Positions 50,917 through 61,019 of a stretch of DNA of 64,000 nt are shown here, piece after piece. Within the stretch, counting starts at the first letter, position 1; the number at the start of each line of letters is the position of its first letter. The DNA comes from Pelagibacteraceae bacterium AG-325-F15 (GTDB taxonomy: Bacteria > Pseudomonadota > Alphaproteobacteria > Pelagibacterales > Pelagibacteraceae), in contig QBYI01000001.1 of NCBI GenBank assembly GCA_003282895.1, positions 678 to 64,677 of the forward strand, given 5' to 3'. The notes beneath the pieces are model-generated. The model made no database searches. It was not told the origin of the DNA and saw nothing but the letters and a program-made list of their open reading frames with translations. The position numbers and the translations under genes were made by a program.

Positions 50917-52464
50917 TTACGAGGTTGGAAAACTAATTTCCATAATTGCGCCTTCACCATCAAGACGGTTTGATGCTACAATTTTACCATCATGCAGATC
51001 AACTAAATTTTTCACAATATTTAAACCAAGGCCTGAGTGCTCTCCAAATTTATCTGGTCTATTACTGTAAAATCTATTAAATATTTTTGATGTATCCTTC
51101 TCTTTAAAGCCCTGGCCATCATCAATAATTTTTACTTTAATTTTATTATCTGTCGATATAGAGACATCTACTAAAATCTCTCCTCCTTTTTTAGTAAAAG
51201 AAATTGAATTATCTAATAAATTTGCAATTATTTGTTCTATTCTGTTTTCTATGCCATTAATTAAATACTCTTCTTTTCCATCAGTTTTATATTTTATATT
51301 AATATCTTTTTTTACTTTATAAATACTATTGAAATCATCCACGACAGACTCAATTATTGGCTCAATATTTATTTTTTTAATCTTTTCATTACTTAAAGCT
51401 ACTTCGTCTTTTAACATTTGAGAATAATCTGTAATTAATCTTTCAATTCTAAGAACGTCATGGCTAAGAATATTTAATAATTCTAATCTTTGATCAGAAC
51501 TATTAGTATCTTTTAAAATTTCAGAGGCACTTTTTAATGATGCTAAAGGATTTCTAATTTCATGTACAAGATCTGTTGAAAAATTTTCTGCGTGAGCTAC
51601 TCTTTTTTGAAGTTCAACTGTCATATCATCTAAAGAATTTGATAAAAGTCCCAATTCATCATTTCTGTTTTTCAAATTATCAATACTTAATTTTTCATTA
51701 CTTTTTTCTTTAATATTTTTTGTATAACTTACTAAATTTTGTATCGGTTTAATAAAATATCTACTTAAAACAAAAGAAAAAATTAAGATTACAAAACCCA
51801 CTGAAATCGCTGTCCTAATAACAAATGCTTTTCGTTCATCTATTGCAACTTTAATATCATTTGCATTTTCAGTGATTAAAATATAACCAATATTTAAATC
51901 TTCCTTTGTTACATTTTTTATAGTTGTTAATTTAAACTGATTAAAATTTTCTTTTGCAAAAGTAAAAGGGTTTCCATATTTATCTGAATTTACATATTCT
52001 TTTAAAATTTTTTCAAAAGAAAAAAAATTTTTATTATCTTTATCTTGATCTTTATTTTTATTTTTGTTTTCCTTATCAATATTTTTTTCATTCAAGCTTT
52101 CAAATTCAATATCATTTAATCTTGTTGAAAAAGCCCTTGGATCAAGATCTAATGTATCTGTGTCTCCAATAAGATTAAGGTCATTATCAAAAAAAATTAC
52201 TCTATCTAAATTTTGAAAAATAAATCTTGTAGAAAATAAAAATCTTCTAATATCTTCGGTGACAAACTTTACCTCTAATCTTATTAAATTATCGATAGTG
52301 TTATTAATAATATTTGTGTGATTAATTGATTTATTTTTAATTAAATTTGGCTGAATATTTTTTAAATATATAATTGTAAATAATCCAATAATTGTAAAAA
52401 TGATAAAATTTATGAATAAAAATTTTTTTAAAATTGATAAACTTTTTAAGTATTTACTAAACAT
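50917..52464 (-). CDS. chvG: Sensor histidine kinase ChvG/ExoS
   Basis: Two TMs, HAMP, HEIRNPL, N box, RFYSNRP, SGLGL; coupled to chvI and upstream of ahcY. Confidence 0.88.
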   Translation of the reverse strand: MFSKYLKSLSILKKFLFINFIIFTIIGLFTIIYLKNIQPNLIKNKSINHTNIINNTIDNLIRLEVKFVTEDIRRFLFSTRFIFQNLDRVIFFDNDLNLIGDTDTLDLDPRAFSTRLNDIEFESLNEKNIDKENKNKNKDQDKDNKNFFSFEKILKEYVNSDKYGNPFTFAKENFNQFKLTTIKNVTKEDLNIGYILITENANDIKVAIDERKAFVIRTAISVGFVILIFSFVLSRYFIKPIQNLVSYTKNIKEKSNEKLSIDNLKNRNDELGLLSNSLDDMTVELQKRVAHAENFSTDLVHEIRNPLASLKSASEILKDTNSSDQRLELLNILSHDVLRIERLITDYSQMLKDEVALSNEKIKKINIEPIIESVVDDFNSIYKVKKDINIKYKTDGKEEYLINGIENRIEQIIANLLDNSISFTKKGGEILVDVSISTDNKIKVKIIDDGQGFKEKDTSKIFNRFYSNRPDKFGEHSGLGLNIVKNLVDLHDGKIVASNRLDGEGAIMEISFPTS

Positions 52465-53168
52465 TAGCTAACATTCCATCTATATCCACTACCATATCTA
52501 GTTTCAATAGCTGAAAAATCAGGATCAACTTTTTTAAATTTTTTTCTTATTCTTTTAACGTGACTATCTATAGTTCTATCCTCAATGTCAGTGTCCTCTC
52601 TATAAGCAATATCCATTAACTGAGCTCTTTCTTTAATTATACCAGGTCTTTTAGCTAATTCTTTGACAATTAAAAATTCAGTAGTAGTTAATTTATCTGG
52701 TAATTGTTTATCATTCCATTCACATTCTAGTTGGGAAGGATCTAATTTTAATCGACCATGTGCAATCAAACTTTTATTTTCTTCTAATGTATTATTGGTA
52801 TCATTTTTTCTTAACTGAACTCTAATTCTTTCAATTAAAACTTTAATTGAAAATCCTCCAGATTTTTTCACAAAATCGTCAGCTCCTAATTTTAAACCTA
52901 GTAGTTCATCAATTTCATCATCTTTTGACGTTAAAAAAATTACCGGTAATGAAGTTTTTTTTCTAAGTTTCTTTAGCAGTTCCTCTCCATCCATTTTAGG
53001 CATCTTAATATCAACTACAGCTAAATCTGGTGGAGTTCTAGTAAGACCAATTAAAGCACTTTCGCCATCTATGTACGTTTGAACTTTGAAGCCCTCTTTT
53101 TCAAGAGCAATACTTAAACTTGTTAAAATATTTCTGTCGTCATCAATTAAAGCTATGGTCTGTTTCAT
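52464..53168 (-). CDS. chvI: Response regulator ChvI
   Basis: DDDRNILTS, DIKMPKMDG, FLTSKDDEIDE, DRTIDSHVKR. Confidence 0.93.
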   Translation of the reverse strand: MKQTIALIDDDRNILTSLSIALEKEGFKVQTYIDGESALIGLTRTPPDLAVVDIKMPKMDGEELLKKLRKKTSLPVIFLTSKDDEIDELLGLKLGADDFVKKSGGFSIKVLIERIRVQLRKNDTNNTLEENKSLIAHGRLKLDPSQLECEWNDKQLPDKLTTTEFLIVKELAKRPGIIKERAQLMDIAYREDTDIEDRTIDSHVKRIRKKFKKVDPDFSAIETRYGSGYRWNVS

Positions 53169-53221
53169 TATTTCTTAATATAAAAATACTAAATTGTTCT
53201 AATTTGGGCAAACTTATTAAA

Positions 53222-55996
53222 TTAATGAAGCATACCCCAATTATCACCAACATTTATATCAACAGTTAATGGTATTGAAAAAGAATGATGATCGCTTTTG
53301 ACAACACTAGCCATTTCATCTTTAATTAATTTAACCATAGTTTTCTCATTATTTTTTGGAACCTCAAATATTAATTCATCATGTATCTGTAATAACATTT
53401 TAGATTGAATATTTTTCTTATCAGATAATTTTTTATTCAATCTAATCATCGCTAGTCGCATAATTTCTGAAGCAGAACCTTGTATTGGAGCATTAATTGC
53501 TGCTCGTTCCTGAAAATTTCGGACATTAAAATTTTTATCATTAATTCCGTTAAAGTGAGATCTACGACCAAAAATGTTATTTACATATCCACTTTTTCTA
53601 CAAAATTTTATTGTATCATCCATATAAATTTTAATCTCAGGAAATTTCGCAAAATAAGCATGTAAAAATTCTTCAGCTTCATAATTAGAAACATTAATTT
53701 GTTTTGCTAAACCATATTGTGAAATCCCATAAATAATTCCAAAATTTATAGCTTTGGCTTTTCTCCTTTGGTCCTGATCTACTTTTTTAATATCAACATT
53801 AAAAATCTGACTAGCCGTCAAAGAATGAATATCTTCATCATTCTTAAAAGCTTTTTTTAATTCTTTAACATCAGCTAAATCAGCTAAAATTCTCATCTCT
53901 ATTTGATTGTAATCTGCTGAAATTAACAAATGATTTTTTCGTGACGTGAAAGCTTTTCGAATATCTCTACCATCTTCTGATTTAATCGGAATATTTTGTA
54001 AATTAGGATCACTGGATGCAAGCCTACCCGTTGTTGTTGCTGCCAATAAAAATGAAGTATGAACTCTTTTAGTATTTGGATTTATATGTTCTGGAAGCGA
54101 GTCTGAATACGTATTTTTTAGTTTTGAAACTTGTCTCCAATCTAATACTAATTTAGGAAATTTATGACCTTTAAATGCCAAATCTTCTAGAACACTTGCA
54201 CTTGTTGCAAAACTTCCTTTTTTAGTTTTTTTTAACCCTGCGATTTTAAGATCATTATAGATTATTTCACCCAATTGTTTTGGTGATGCGATATTAAAAT
54301 CCTTTTTTGATATTTTAAAAATTTCTTTCTCTAAATTTTTAATTTTTTTTTCAAATTTAGAAGAAAGTGTTTTTAAAAATTTATTATCAACTTCAACTCC
54401 TTCCATCTCCATAAAAGCAAGAATTCTTATTAATGGCTTTTCAAAAATTTCATAAATATTAATCATTTTTTCTAATTTCAAATTTTTTGAAAATTTTTTA
54501 TACAACCGAAAAGTGATATCAGCATCCTCTGCTGCATAATCTTTAGCTTTATCAATTTCTACCTCACTGAAATTTATTTCTTTTTTTCCAGTGCCTACTA
54601 TTTCTTTAAAAGAAATTGTTTTATGACCCAAATGAATTTCAGATAGCGTATCCATATTATGTCGGTTTTTGCCAGCATCTAAGACATAGGACATCAACAT
54701 AGTATCTTCCATTGATGTCATCTCTATGCCTTGTTTAAATAAAACAATGAAATCAAATTTTATATTTTGACCAATCTTTTTTACACTTGGATCTTCTAAT
54801 AAAGGTTTTAATTTTTTAATTACATCATTTTTATTAATACATTTTGAAGACTTATGGCCAATAGGAATATAGCAAGCCTTACCAACTTTTGCTGACAAAG
54901 AAATTCCTACTAAATCTGCTTGATGAGGATCTAGTGAGTTTGTTTCTGTATCCACTGCTAACTCACCTGTTTCCTCTGCTTCTTTAATCCATTCATCTAT
55001 TTGTTTTATATCAGTGATTAAAAAATAATTTTTGTTACTAATTGGTTTTTGCTTTTCTATTAACTTGTCTTCAACAGTTTCACTTGATAATTTTGGCTCA
55101 CCATAAGCTGATATCGCAGAGCTCAATAATCTATTAAACTCCATTTCTCTTAAAAATTTATACAGTTTATCCTTATCTATTTCTTTTAATTTAAATTCAC
55201 TTAGGTCTCTATTGACGGGAGAGTCTTGTTTTAATGTTACAAGTTGTTTACTGATTATAGCCTTGTCTTTATTTTCAATTAGAGTTTCTCTTCTTTTATT
55301 TTGCTTTATCTCGTTAGCAGACTTTAAAAGTTTTTCTAAAGTTCCATATTTATTAATTAGCTCTGCGGCGGTTTTTACTCCTATACCAGGAACGCCTGGG
55401 ACGTTATCACTACTATCGCCTGCAAGAGACTGAACATCTATTACTTTTGATGCGTCAACTCCAAATTTATTAATTATATCTTCCTCAGAAATAAATTTAT
55501 TTTTCATCGGATCAAATATACGAACGCCTTTTTTATACAATTGCATCAAATCTTTGTCAGATGAAACAATAGTAACTTTAGCTCCTTTTTTTAATATTTT
55601 TTCCACATAAGTGGCTATTAAATCATCTGCTTCATAATTAGGAAGATCAACTGAAGGTAAATTAAAAGCTAATACTGATTTTCTAATATACTCAAATTGA
55701 GGAGCAAGATCATCTGGTGCTTCAGATCTATTTGCCTTATAATCACTATAAATTTCATTTCTAAATGTTTTTCTAGCTGAGTCAAAAATTACTGCAAAAT
55801 GTGTTGGTTTTTGTAAATTTTGATTTGATTTGGAATCTTCTAGAAGTTTGAACAACATGCTACAAAAACCACTTACTGCACCAGTTGGAAGTCCATCGCT
55901 CTTTCTAGTTAGAGGTGGTAATGCATAATATGCTCTAAAAATATATCCTGAACCATCTATTAAATAAAAATGATCAGTTTTTTGAATTTTATTCAT
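53222..55996 (-). CDS. polA: DNA polymerase I
   Basis: 5' nuclease (DGS..FRAYY, EADD), exonuclease DTET, ADYNQIEMR, KAINFGIIYG, QIHDEL. Confidence 0.98.
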   Translation of the reverse strand: MNKIQKTDHFYLIDGSGYIFRAYYALPPLTRKSDGLPTGAVSGFCSMLFKLLEDSKSNQNLQKPTHFAVIFDSARKTFRNEIYSDYKANRSEAPDDLAPQFEYIRKSVLAFNLPSVDLPNYEADDLIATYVEKILKKGAKVTIVSSDKDLMQLYKKGVRIFDPMKNKFISEEDIINKFGVDASKVIDVQSLAGDSSDNVPGVPGIGVKTAAELINKYGTLEKLLKSANEIKQNKRRETLIENKDKAIISKQLVTLKQDSPVNRDLSEFKLKEIDKDKLYKFLREMEFNRLLSSAISAYGEPKLSSETVEDKLIEKQKPISNKNYFLITDIKQIDEWIKEAEETGELAVDTETNSLDPHQADLVGISLSAKVGKACYIPIGHKSSKCINKNDVIKKLKPLLEDPSVKKIGQNIKFDFIVLFKQGIEMTSMEDTMLMSYVLDAGKNRHNMDTLSEIHLGHKTISFKEIVGTGKKEINFSEVEIDKAKDYAAEDADITFRLYKKFSKNLKLEKMINIYEIFEKPLIRILAFMEMEGVEVDNKFLKTLSSKFEKKIKNLEKEIFKISKKDFNIASPKQLGEIIYNDLKIAGLKKTKKGSFATSASVLEDLAFKGHKFPKLVLDWRQVSKLKNTYSDSLPEHINPNTKRVHTSFLLAATTTGRLASSDPNLQNIPIKSEDGRDIRKAFTSRKNHLLISADYNQIEMRILADLADVKELKKAFKNDEDIHSLTASQIFNVDIKKVDQDQRRKAKAINFGIIYGISQYGLAKQINVSNYEAEEFLHAYFAKFPEIKIYMDDTIKFCRKSGYVNNIFGRRSHFNGINDKNFNVRNFQERAAINAPIQGSASEIMRLAMIRLNKKLSDKKNIQSKMLLQIHDELIFEVPKNNEKTMVKLIKDEMASVVKSDHHSFSIPLTVDINVGDNWGMLH

Positions 55997-56107
55997 TAAT
56001 TTAATTAAATATTACAGTGGTAAAAAAATCTGTATATAAAAAAATTGATTTTAATTTAGAGTATTTTTATTGCTAGATTATTATTAATATTAAGAGTATT
56101 ATTTGAC

Positions 56108-56662
56108 ATGCAATTAACTAAAAATATCTCACAAACATCAATAATAAAATCTTTATTAGCTATAATACTTGGCTCAATTGCTTTGACTATATCAGCAAAA
56201 ATTAAAATACCTTTTTATCCAGTACCAATGACCATGCAAACATTTGTTGTATTGTTTTTAGGAATAAGTTTAGGATACAAAATTGGGTTAGCTAGTATTG
56301 GATTATATTTGTTTGAGGGAATAATGGGAATTCCAGTTTTTTCAAATTCTCCAGAAAAAGGAGTGGGATTAGTTTACTTTACTGGACCTACAATGGGATA
56401 TTTGATCGGTTTTCTAAGTGCTGGCTTTTTAGCCTCAAAAATAAATAATAAAGATAGTTTTTTGTTAGTTTTAGGTAAGCTTGTAGTTGCAACTTCTACT
56501 ATTTATCTTTTTGGATTGTTATGGCTTGGAGTGCTTATTGGGTGGGATAAACCAATCTTTGAATTGGGAGCTAAACCTTTTTTGTTAGCTGAAGTATTTA
56601 AAATTGTACTTTTGACACTTATAACAAAACAAATTGTAAAAATTAGAAATTTTATTATCTAG
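56108..56662 (+). CDS. bioY: Biotin transporter BioY
   Basis: PVPMTMQT, G.PVF, GPTMGYLIGF. Confidence 0.92.
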   Translation: MQLTKNISQTSIIKSLLAIILGSIALTISAKIKIPFYPVPMTMQTFVVLFLGISLGYKIGLASIGLYLFEGIMGIPVFSNSPEKGVGLVYFTGPTMGYLIGFLSAGFLASKINNKDSFLLVLGKLVVATSTIYLFGLLWLGVLIGWDKPIFELGAKPFLLAEVFKIVLLTLITKQIVKIRNFII

Positions 56663-57218
56663 GTGACCTTTTAGATAAAATTCTTTGAAGAGTTCTTCTG
56701 TGCATTTTTAGTCTTCTTGCTGTTTCAGAAACATTCCTGTTACATAATTCAAAAACTCTATGAATATGTTCCCACTTTACTCTATCTGCAGACATTGGAT
56801 TCTCTGGTGGAGCAGCTTTCTTATCAGGATCTGCTAATAAAGCTCTTTCAACATCCTCGGCATCAGCTGGTTTAGCAAGATAGTCTATTGCGCCTTCTTT
56901 AATTGCTGCAACTGCTGTTGGAATATTGCCATATCCAGTTAACATAATTATTCTGCTGTCATTATTTGTCATCTGGATTTGTTTCACTACCTCTAATCCA
57001 TTACCATCGCCTAATCTTAGATCTACAACTGCAAAACCTGGTTTTTTTGCTTTCACTGAATCGATACCTTTTTGTACACTCTCAGCTTGAAAAACTTCAA
57101 ATCCCTTTTTTTCCATAGCTCTAGCTAATCTTTCCCTAAAAGGATTATCATCATCAACTATAAGTAGAGATTTATTATCAAAATCACTTAGATTTTTAAG
57201 GGCAATTTGTTCTTTCAT
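56655..57218 (-). CDS. regA: Redox response regulator RegA/PrrA/ActR
   Basis: PPENPMSADRVKWEHI.RV.E.C.RNVSETARRL.MHRRTLQRIL. Confidence 0.95.
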   Translation of the reverse strand: MKEQIALKNLSDFDNKSLLIVDDDNPFRERLARAMEKKGFEVFQAESVQKGIDSVKAKKPGFAVVDLRLGDGNGLEVVKQIQMTNNDSRIIMLTGYGNIPTAVAAIKEGAIDYLAKPADAEDVERALLADPDKKAAPPENPMSADRVKWEHIHRVFELCNRNVSETARRLKMHRRTLQRILSKRSPR

Positions 57219-57362
57219 ACCACCTATATGGCTACTAACTTTTAAAATACAATACCTATTATTTGCTTTACTTTGTTAACCTATAGGCTTATTAGGGGGA
57301 AATTTTAAAGTTTTTTAAGTAAAAGACTTTTTTTTGTTAAATTTTTTTTGGAGGCATTAATA

Positions 57363-58547
57363 ATGCAAAAATTTAAATCAGTTGAAGATTTGATAAATCA
57401 ACTGAAACCTGAAAAACCCGTATACTGTATCAGAAAGAAATCTATTCAATCTGCAACTAAATATTTCAAAGACAATTTCCCAGGTAAAATATTATATGCG
57501 GTAAAAACTAATCCTCATCCAGTAGTTATTAAGCAGATAATTGAAAGTGGAGTAGATCAATTTGACGTTGCTTCTATTGAAGAAATCAAAGCTATCAGAA
57601 ATTTTAGTCAATCTGTCAAATGCTCCTACATGCATACTGTTAAAAGTAGAGAAAGCATTAAAGAAGCTTATTTTAAATATGGAGTTAAAACTTTTTCACT
57701 AGATACAAAAGATGAATTAATTAAAATTATTGAAAGCACAAATAATGCAAAGGACTTAGAATTATTTGTAAGAGTAGCAGTTTCTAATGAACATGCTGAA
57801 ATAGATTTGTCAAAAAAATTTGGTGCCTTGAGTTCTGAGGCTACAGGACTATTAAGACTTGTTAAACAATATTCTAAGAAGATTGGTTTAAGTTTTCATG
57901 TTGGGTCTCAATGCATGCATCCAATTTCTTATGCTAAAGGAATTAGTGATATAGGAAATATAATAAAAAAAACAAAAATTATTCCAGATTATATTAATGT
58001 TGGTGGTGGGTTCCCAACTATTTATCCAGACTTAATTCCCCAATCTATGGAAAATTATTTTAATGAAATTAAAAAAAGTTTAGATGATTTAAAACTTGAA
58101 AATTTACCAGAAATTATTTGTGAGCCAGGAAGAGCTTTGGTTGCTGAAAGTGGTTCTACTATTGTAAAAGTAAATTTACGAAAAAAACAAAAATTATATA
58201 TAAATGATGGAACTTATGGAACATTGTTTGACGCTGGTACTCCGAATATTGTATTTCCATCTAAGATGATTAGAGAAAATACAAACAAAATAATTTCTAA
58301 AAAGTTTACAGCTTTTGATTTCTTTGGACCAACATGTGATAGCATGGATTATATGAAGGGTCCTTTTTTGTTACCTAACAATATAAAAGAAAATGATTAT
58401 ATCGAACTTGGTCAACTTGGTGCTTATGGATTAACATTTAGAACTCAGTTCAATGGTTATTATTCTGATGAAATATATGAAGTGGAAGATCAACCTATTT
58501 TAACAATGTACGATAAAGACAGTAACAAAGCTACTTTGGTTGCTTAA
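57363..58547 (+). CDS. Fold-type III (alanine racemase fold) PLP decarboxylase, ornithine/lysine decarboxylase-like
   Basis: YAVKTN, FDVAS..E, HVGSQ, GGGF, EPGR, GPTCDS; GGAGG at 57350-57354 favours ATG 57363 over TTG 57348. Confidence 0.9.
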   Translation: MQKFKSVEDLINQLKPEKPVYCIRKKSIQSATKYFKDNFPGKILYAVKTNPHPVVIKQIIESGVDQFDVASIEEIKAIRNFSQSVKCSYMHTVKSRESIKEAYFKYGVKTFSLDTKDELIKIIESTNNAKDLELFVRVAVSNEHAEIDLSKKFGALSSEATGLLRLVKQYSKKIGLSFHVGSQCMHPISYAKGISDIGNIIKKTKIIPDYINVGGGFPTIYPDLIPQSMENYFNEIKKSLDDLKLENLPEIICEPGRALVAESGSTIVKVNLRKKQKLYINDGTYGTLFDAGTPNIVFPSKMIRENTNKIISKKFTAFDFFGPTCDSMDYMKGPFLLPNNIKENDYIELGQLGAYGLTFRTQFNGYYSDEIYEVEDQPILTMYDKDSNKATLVA

Positions 58548-59590
58548 TGTCTGATAATAAAAATCTAGGTCATAATAGTAAAAAAGACTTTTTAAAAAAT
58601 CCAGTTGAACATATCGATATTACTTCTTTCGATGCTAGAAAGATAATTTCCTCAATGGAAAAAATGTCTTTTGTTTCAAGAGAAACGGCCAATGCTGCAA
58701 ATATTTATAACGAAATGCTAAAAGATAAAGATTGCACTATATTTTTAACATTAGCAGGATCTACATCTGCTGCGGGTTGTATGAATATTTATAAAGATTT
58801 AGTTAAATACAACATGGTAGATGCAATAGTTGCAACTGGAGCTTCTATTGTTGATATGGATTTTTTTGAGGCACTTGGATTTAAACATTATCAAGGTTCT
58901 CAATTTCAGGATGATACCGAATTAAGAAATAATTATATTGATAGGATTTATGACACTTATATTGATGAAGAAGAGTTACAAATGTGTGATAAAATTATTT
59001 GTGAGATTGCAGATACATTAGAACCAAAAAGTTACACATCTAGAGAATTTATATTTGAAATGGGAAAATATTTAAAAAAAAATTCTAAGAAAAAAGACTC
59101 TTTAATTGAAACAGCTTACGATAATAATGTTCCAATTTTTTGTCCTGCTTTTACAGACTCTAGTGCTGGATTTGGTTTAGTAATACATCAAGAAAAAAAC
59201 CCTAAAAAACATATGACAATCGATTCTATTAGAGAGTTTAGAGAGCTTACAGAAATCAAAATTCAATCTAAAGGCTCAGGATTATTTATGATTGGAGGAG
59301 GTGTTCCAAAAAATTTTATTCAAGACACTGTAATATGTGCAGAACTTTTAGGTAAAGAAGTTGATATGCATAAATATGCCGTTCAAATTACAGTTGCTGA
59401 TAGTAGAGATGGTGCGTGTAGCAGTTCAACTTTAAAAGAAGCAAGTTCTTGGGGTAAAGTAGATATTACTAAAGAACAAATGGTATTTGCTGAAGCAACA
59501 AGTGTTTTACCATTAATAGCTAGTGATGCTTACCACAAAGGTGAATGGAAAAGCAGAGATAGAAAAAACTTTACAAAAATATTTAGATAA
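58547..59590 (+). CDS. Deoxyhypusine synthase-like protein (probable homospermidine biosynthesis enzyme)
   Basis: RIYD, PAFTDSS.G, IGGGVPKNF, DGACS, EASSWGK with the catalytic Lys. Confidence 0.9.
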   Translation: MSDNKNLGHNSKKDFLKNPVEHIDITSFDARKIISSMEKMSFVSRETANAANIYNEMLKDKDCTIFLTLAGSTSAAGCMNIYKDLVKYNMVDAIVATGASIVDMDFFEALGFKHYQGSQFQDDTELRNNYIDRIYDTYIDEEELQMCDKIICEIADTLEPKSYTSREFIFEMGKYLKKNSKKKDSLIETAYDNNVPIFCPAFTDSSAGFGLVIHQEKNPKKHMTIDSIREFRELTEIKIQSKGSGLFMIGGGVPKNFIQDTVICAELLGKEVDMHKYAVQITVADSRDGACSSSTLKEASSWGKVDITKEQMVFAEATSVLPLIASDAYHKGEWKSRDRKNFTKIFR

Positions 59591-59592
59591 AA

Positions 59593-60468
59593 TTGAAATA
59601 TCTTTCTAATAAAAATGGATTTCTAGGAATTGATAACAAGGTCAATTTTAAAGAGAAAGTAGTTGTTGTTCCATTTGGCCTTGAAAAAACTGTCAGTTAT
59701 GGTGGTGGAACTAAAAATGGACCAAAGGAAATTATTAAAGCATCACATCAAGTTGAGCTTTATGATGAAGAGTTAAACTGTGAACCTTACAAAAAAATTG
59801 GAATTAAAACTTTAAAACCATTTAAAATTGATAAAAATATCAAAAAAGCTCTAAATAAAATGTCCAAAATTAATCAAGAAATATTGGGTAAAAACCTTTT
59901 TCCAATTACTTTTGGCGGTGAACACTCAATTACCCCTGGATGCATTGATCCTTTTACTAAAAAATTTAAAGATATTTGTCTTTTACACTTTGATGCTCAT
60001 GCAGATTTGCGTGAAAGTTATAATGGGGAAAAATTTTCGCACGCTTCAGCTATTAGAAGGTGTTTGGATTATTCAAATGTTTCAGTAATTTCATTTGGAA
60101 TAAGAAATATTTCACAAAGTGAAATTCCTTTTTTAAAAAAAAATTCCTCTAGAATAGATATATTTTGGGCAAAGGATAAAAGTAAATGGAATTTAAATAA
60201 ATTTAAAAAATTAATTAAAAATAAAACAGTTTATCTTACTTTTGATGTTGATGGATTAGACTCGAGTATTATGCCAGCAACTGGTACCCCTGAACCAGGT
60301 GGATTACTATGGGATGAAACTTTAAATATTATTAAAATAGCTGCTAAAAATTCAAAAATTGTTGGAGCAGACATAAATGAACTAGCTCCTATAAAAGGAT
60401 TCAATTCATATAATTTTCTTGTAGCTAAGTTAGCTTATAAAATTTTATCGTATAAATTTTTATACTAG
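59593..60468 (+). CDS. speB: Agmatinase-family ureohydrolase (TTG start)
   Basis: GGEHSIT, DAHAD, SHA, DVDGLD, TGTPEPGG. Confidence 0.85.
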   Translation: MKYLSNKNGFLGIDNKVNFKEKVVVVPFGLEKTVSYGGGTKNGPKEIIKASHQVELYDEELNCEPYKKIGIKTLKPFKIDKNIKKALNKMSKINQEILGKNLFPITFGGEHSITPGCIDPFTKKFKDICLLHFDAHADLRESYNGEKFSHASAIRRCLDYSNVSVISFGIRNISQSEIPFLKKNSSRIDIFWAKDKSKWNLNKFKKLIKNKTVYLTFDVDGLDSSIMPATGTPEPGGLLWDETLNIIKIAAKNSKIVGADINELAPIKGFNSYNFLVAKLAYKILSYKFLY

Positions 60469-61019
60469 GCTTTAGCAGTTTTAAAAGTGCCTAATAGTAA
60501 TCTGAAAGGTATCAGCATTACTAGAGCTACAAATATTTTAACCATTAAATCACCTAGAGATAATGTGATCCATGGAATTCCTGTTCCATAAAAAGATATA
60601 GAAAAAAATAAAAAAGTATCAACTGTTGATCCAATAAATGATGAAGTGAGTGGTGCAACAAACCAACTTTTTTTTCTTAATTTATCAAAGATTTGTACAT
60701 CTATTAATTGTGCAACTAAAAAGGCTGTTCCAGATCCAATTGCAATTCTTACAGAAATTAAATCTGTAAAATTAGTTGAAAATAAAAGAGTAAAACTAAC
60801 ACCTATCGCAAAACCTATATAAACAATTTTTCTAGCAATAAATTTTCCATAAGATCTATTTGCTAGATCAGTAATTAAAAATGCAATTGGATAAGTGAAA
60901 GCACCATAGGTTAATATTTCTTCAAGACCATAATATTTAATTGGAAACTGAACTAAATAATTAGAAGATAAAACGACTACTCCCATAAAAAATGAGAGCA
61001 ATAAAAACAGTTTGTTCAT
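60465..61019 (-). CDS. Queuosine precursor transporter (YhhQ/VUT family)
   Basis: SNYLV, YPIAFLITD, RIAIGS..AF..AQ..D, S.VDT..FF. Confidence 0.85.
   Translation of the reverse strand: MNKLFLLLSFFMGVVVLSSNYLVQFPIKYYGLEEILTYGAFTYPIAFLITDLANRSYGKFIARKIVYIGFAIGVSFTLLFSTNFTDLISVRIAIGSGTAFLVAQLIDVQIFDKLRKKSWFVAPLTSSFIGSTVDTFLFFSISFYGTGIPWITLSLGDLMVKIFVALVMLIPFRLLLGTFKTAKA

Noticed and set aside
55997-56107. BirA/BioR operator upstream of bioY (TACAG...CTGTA inverted repeat)
   Set aside because: Only a 5-bp arm; no match to operator consensus sequences I know; expected by chance
56655-57218. regA as an orphan regulator signalling a novel system
   Set aside because: The cognate RegB may simply lie outside this window; cannot be judged here
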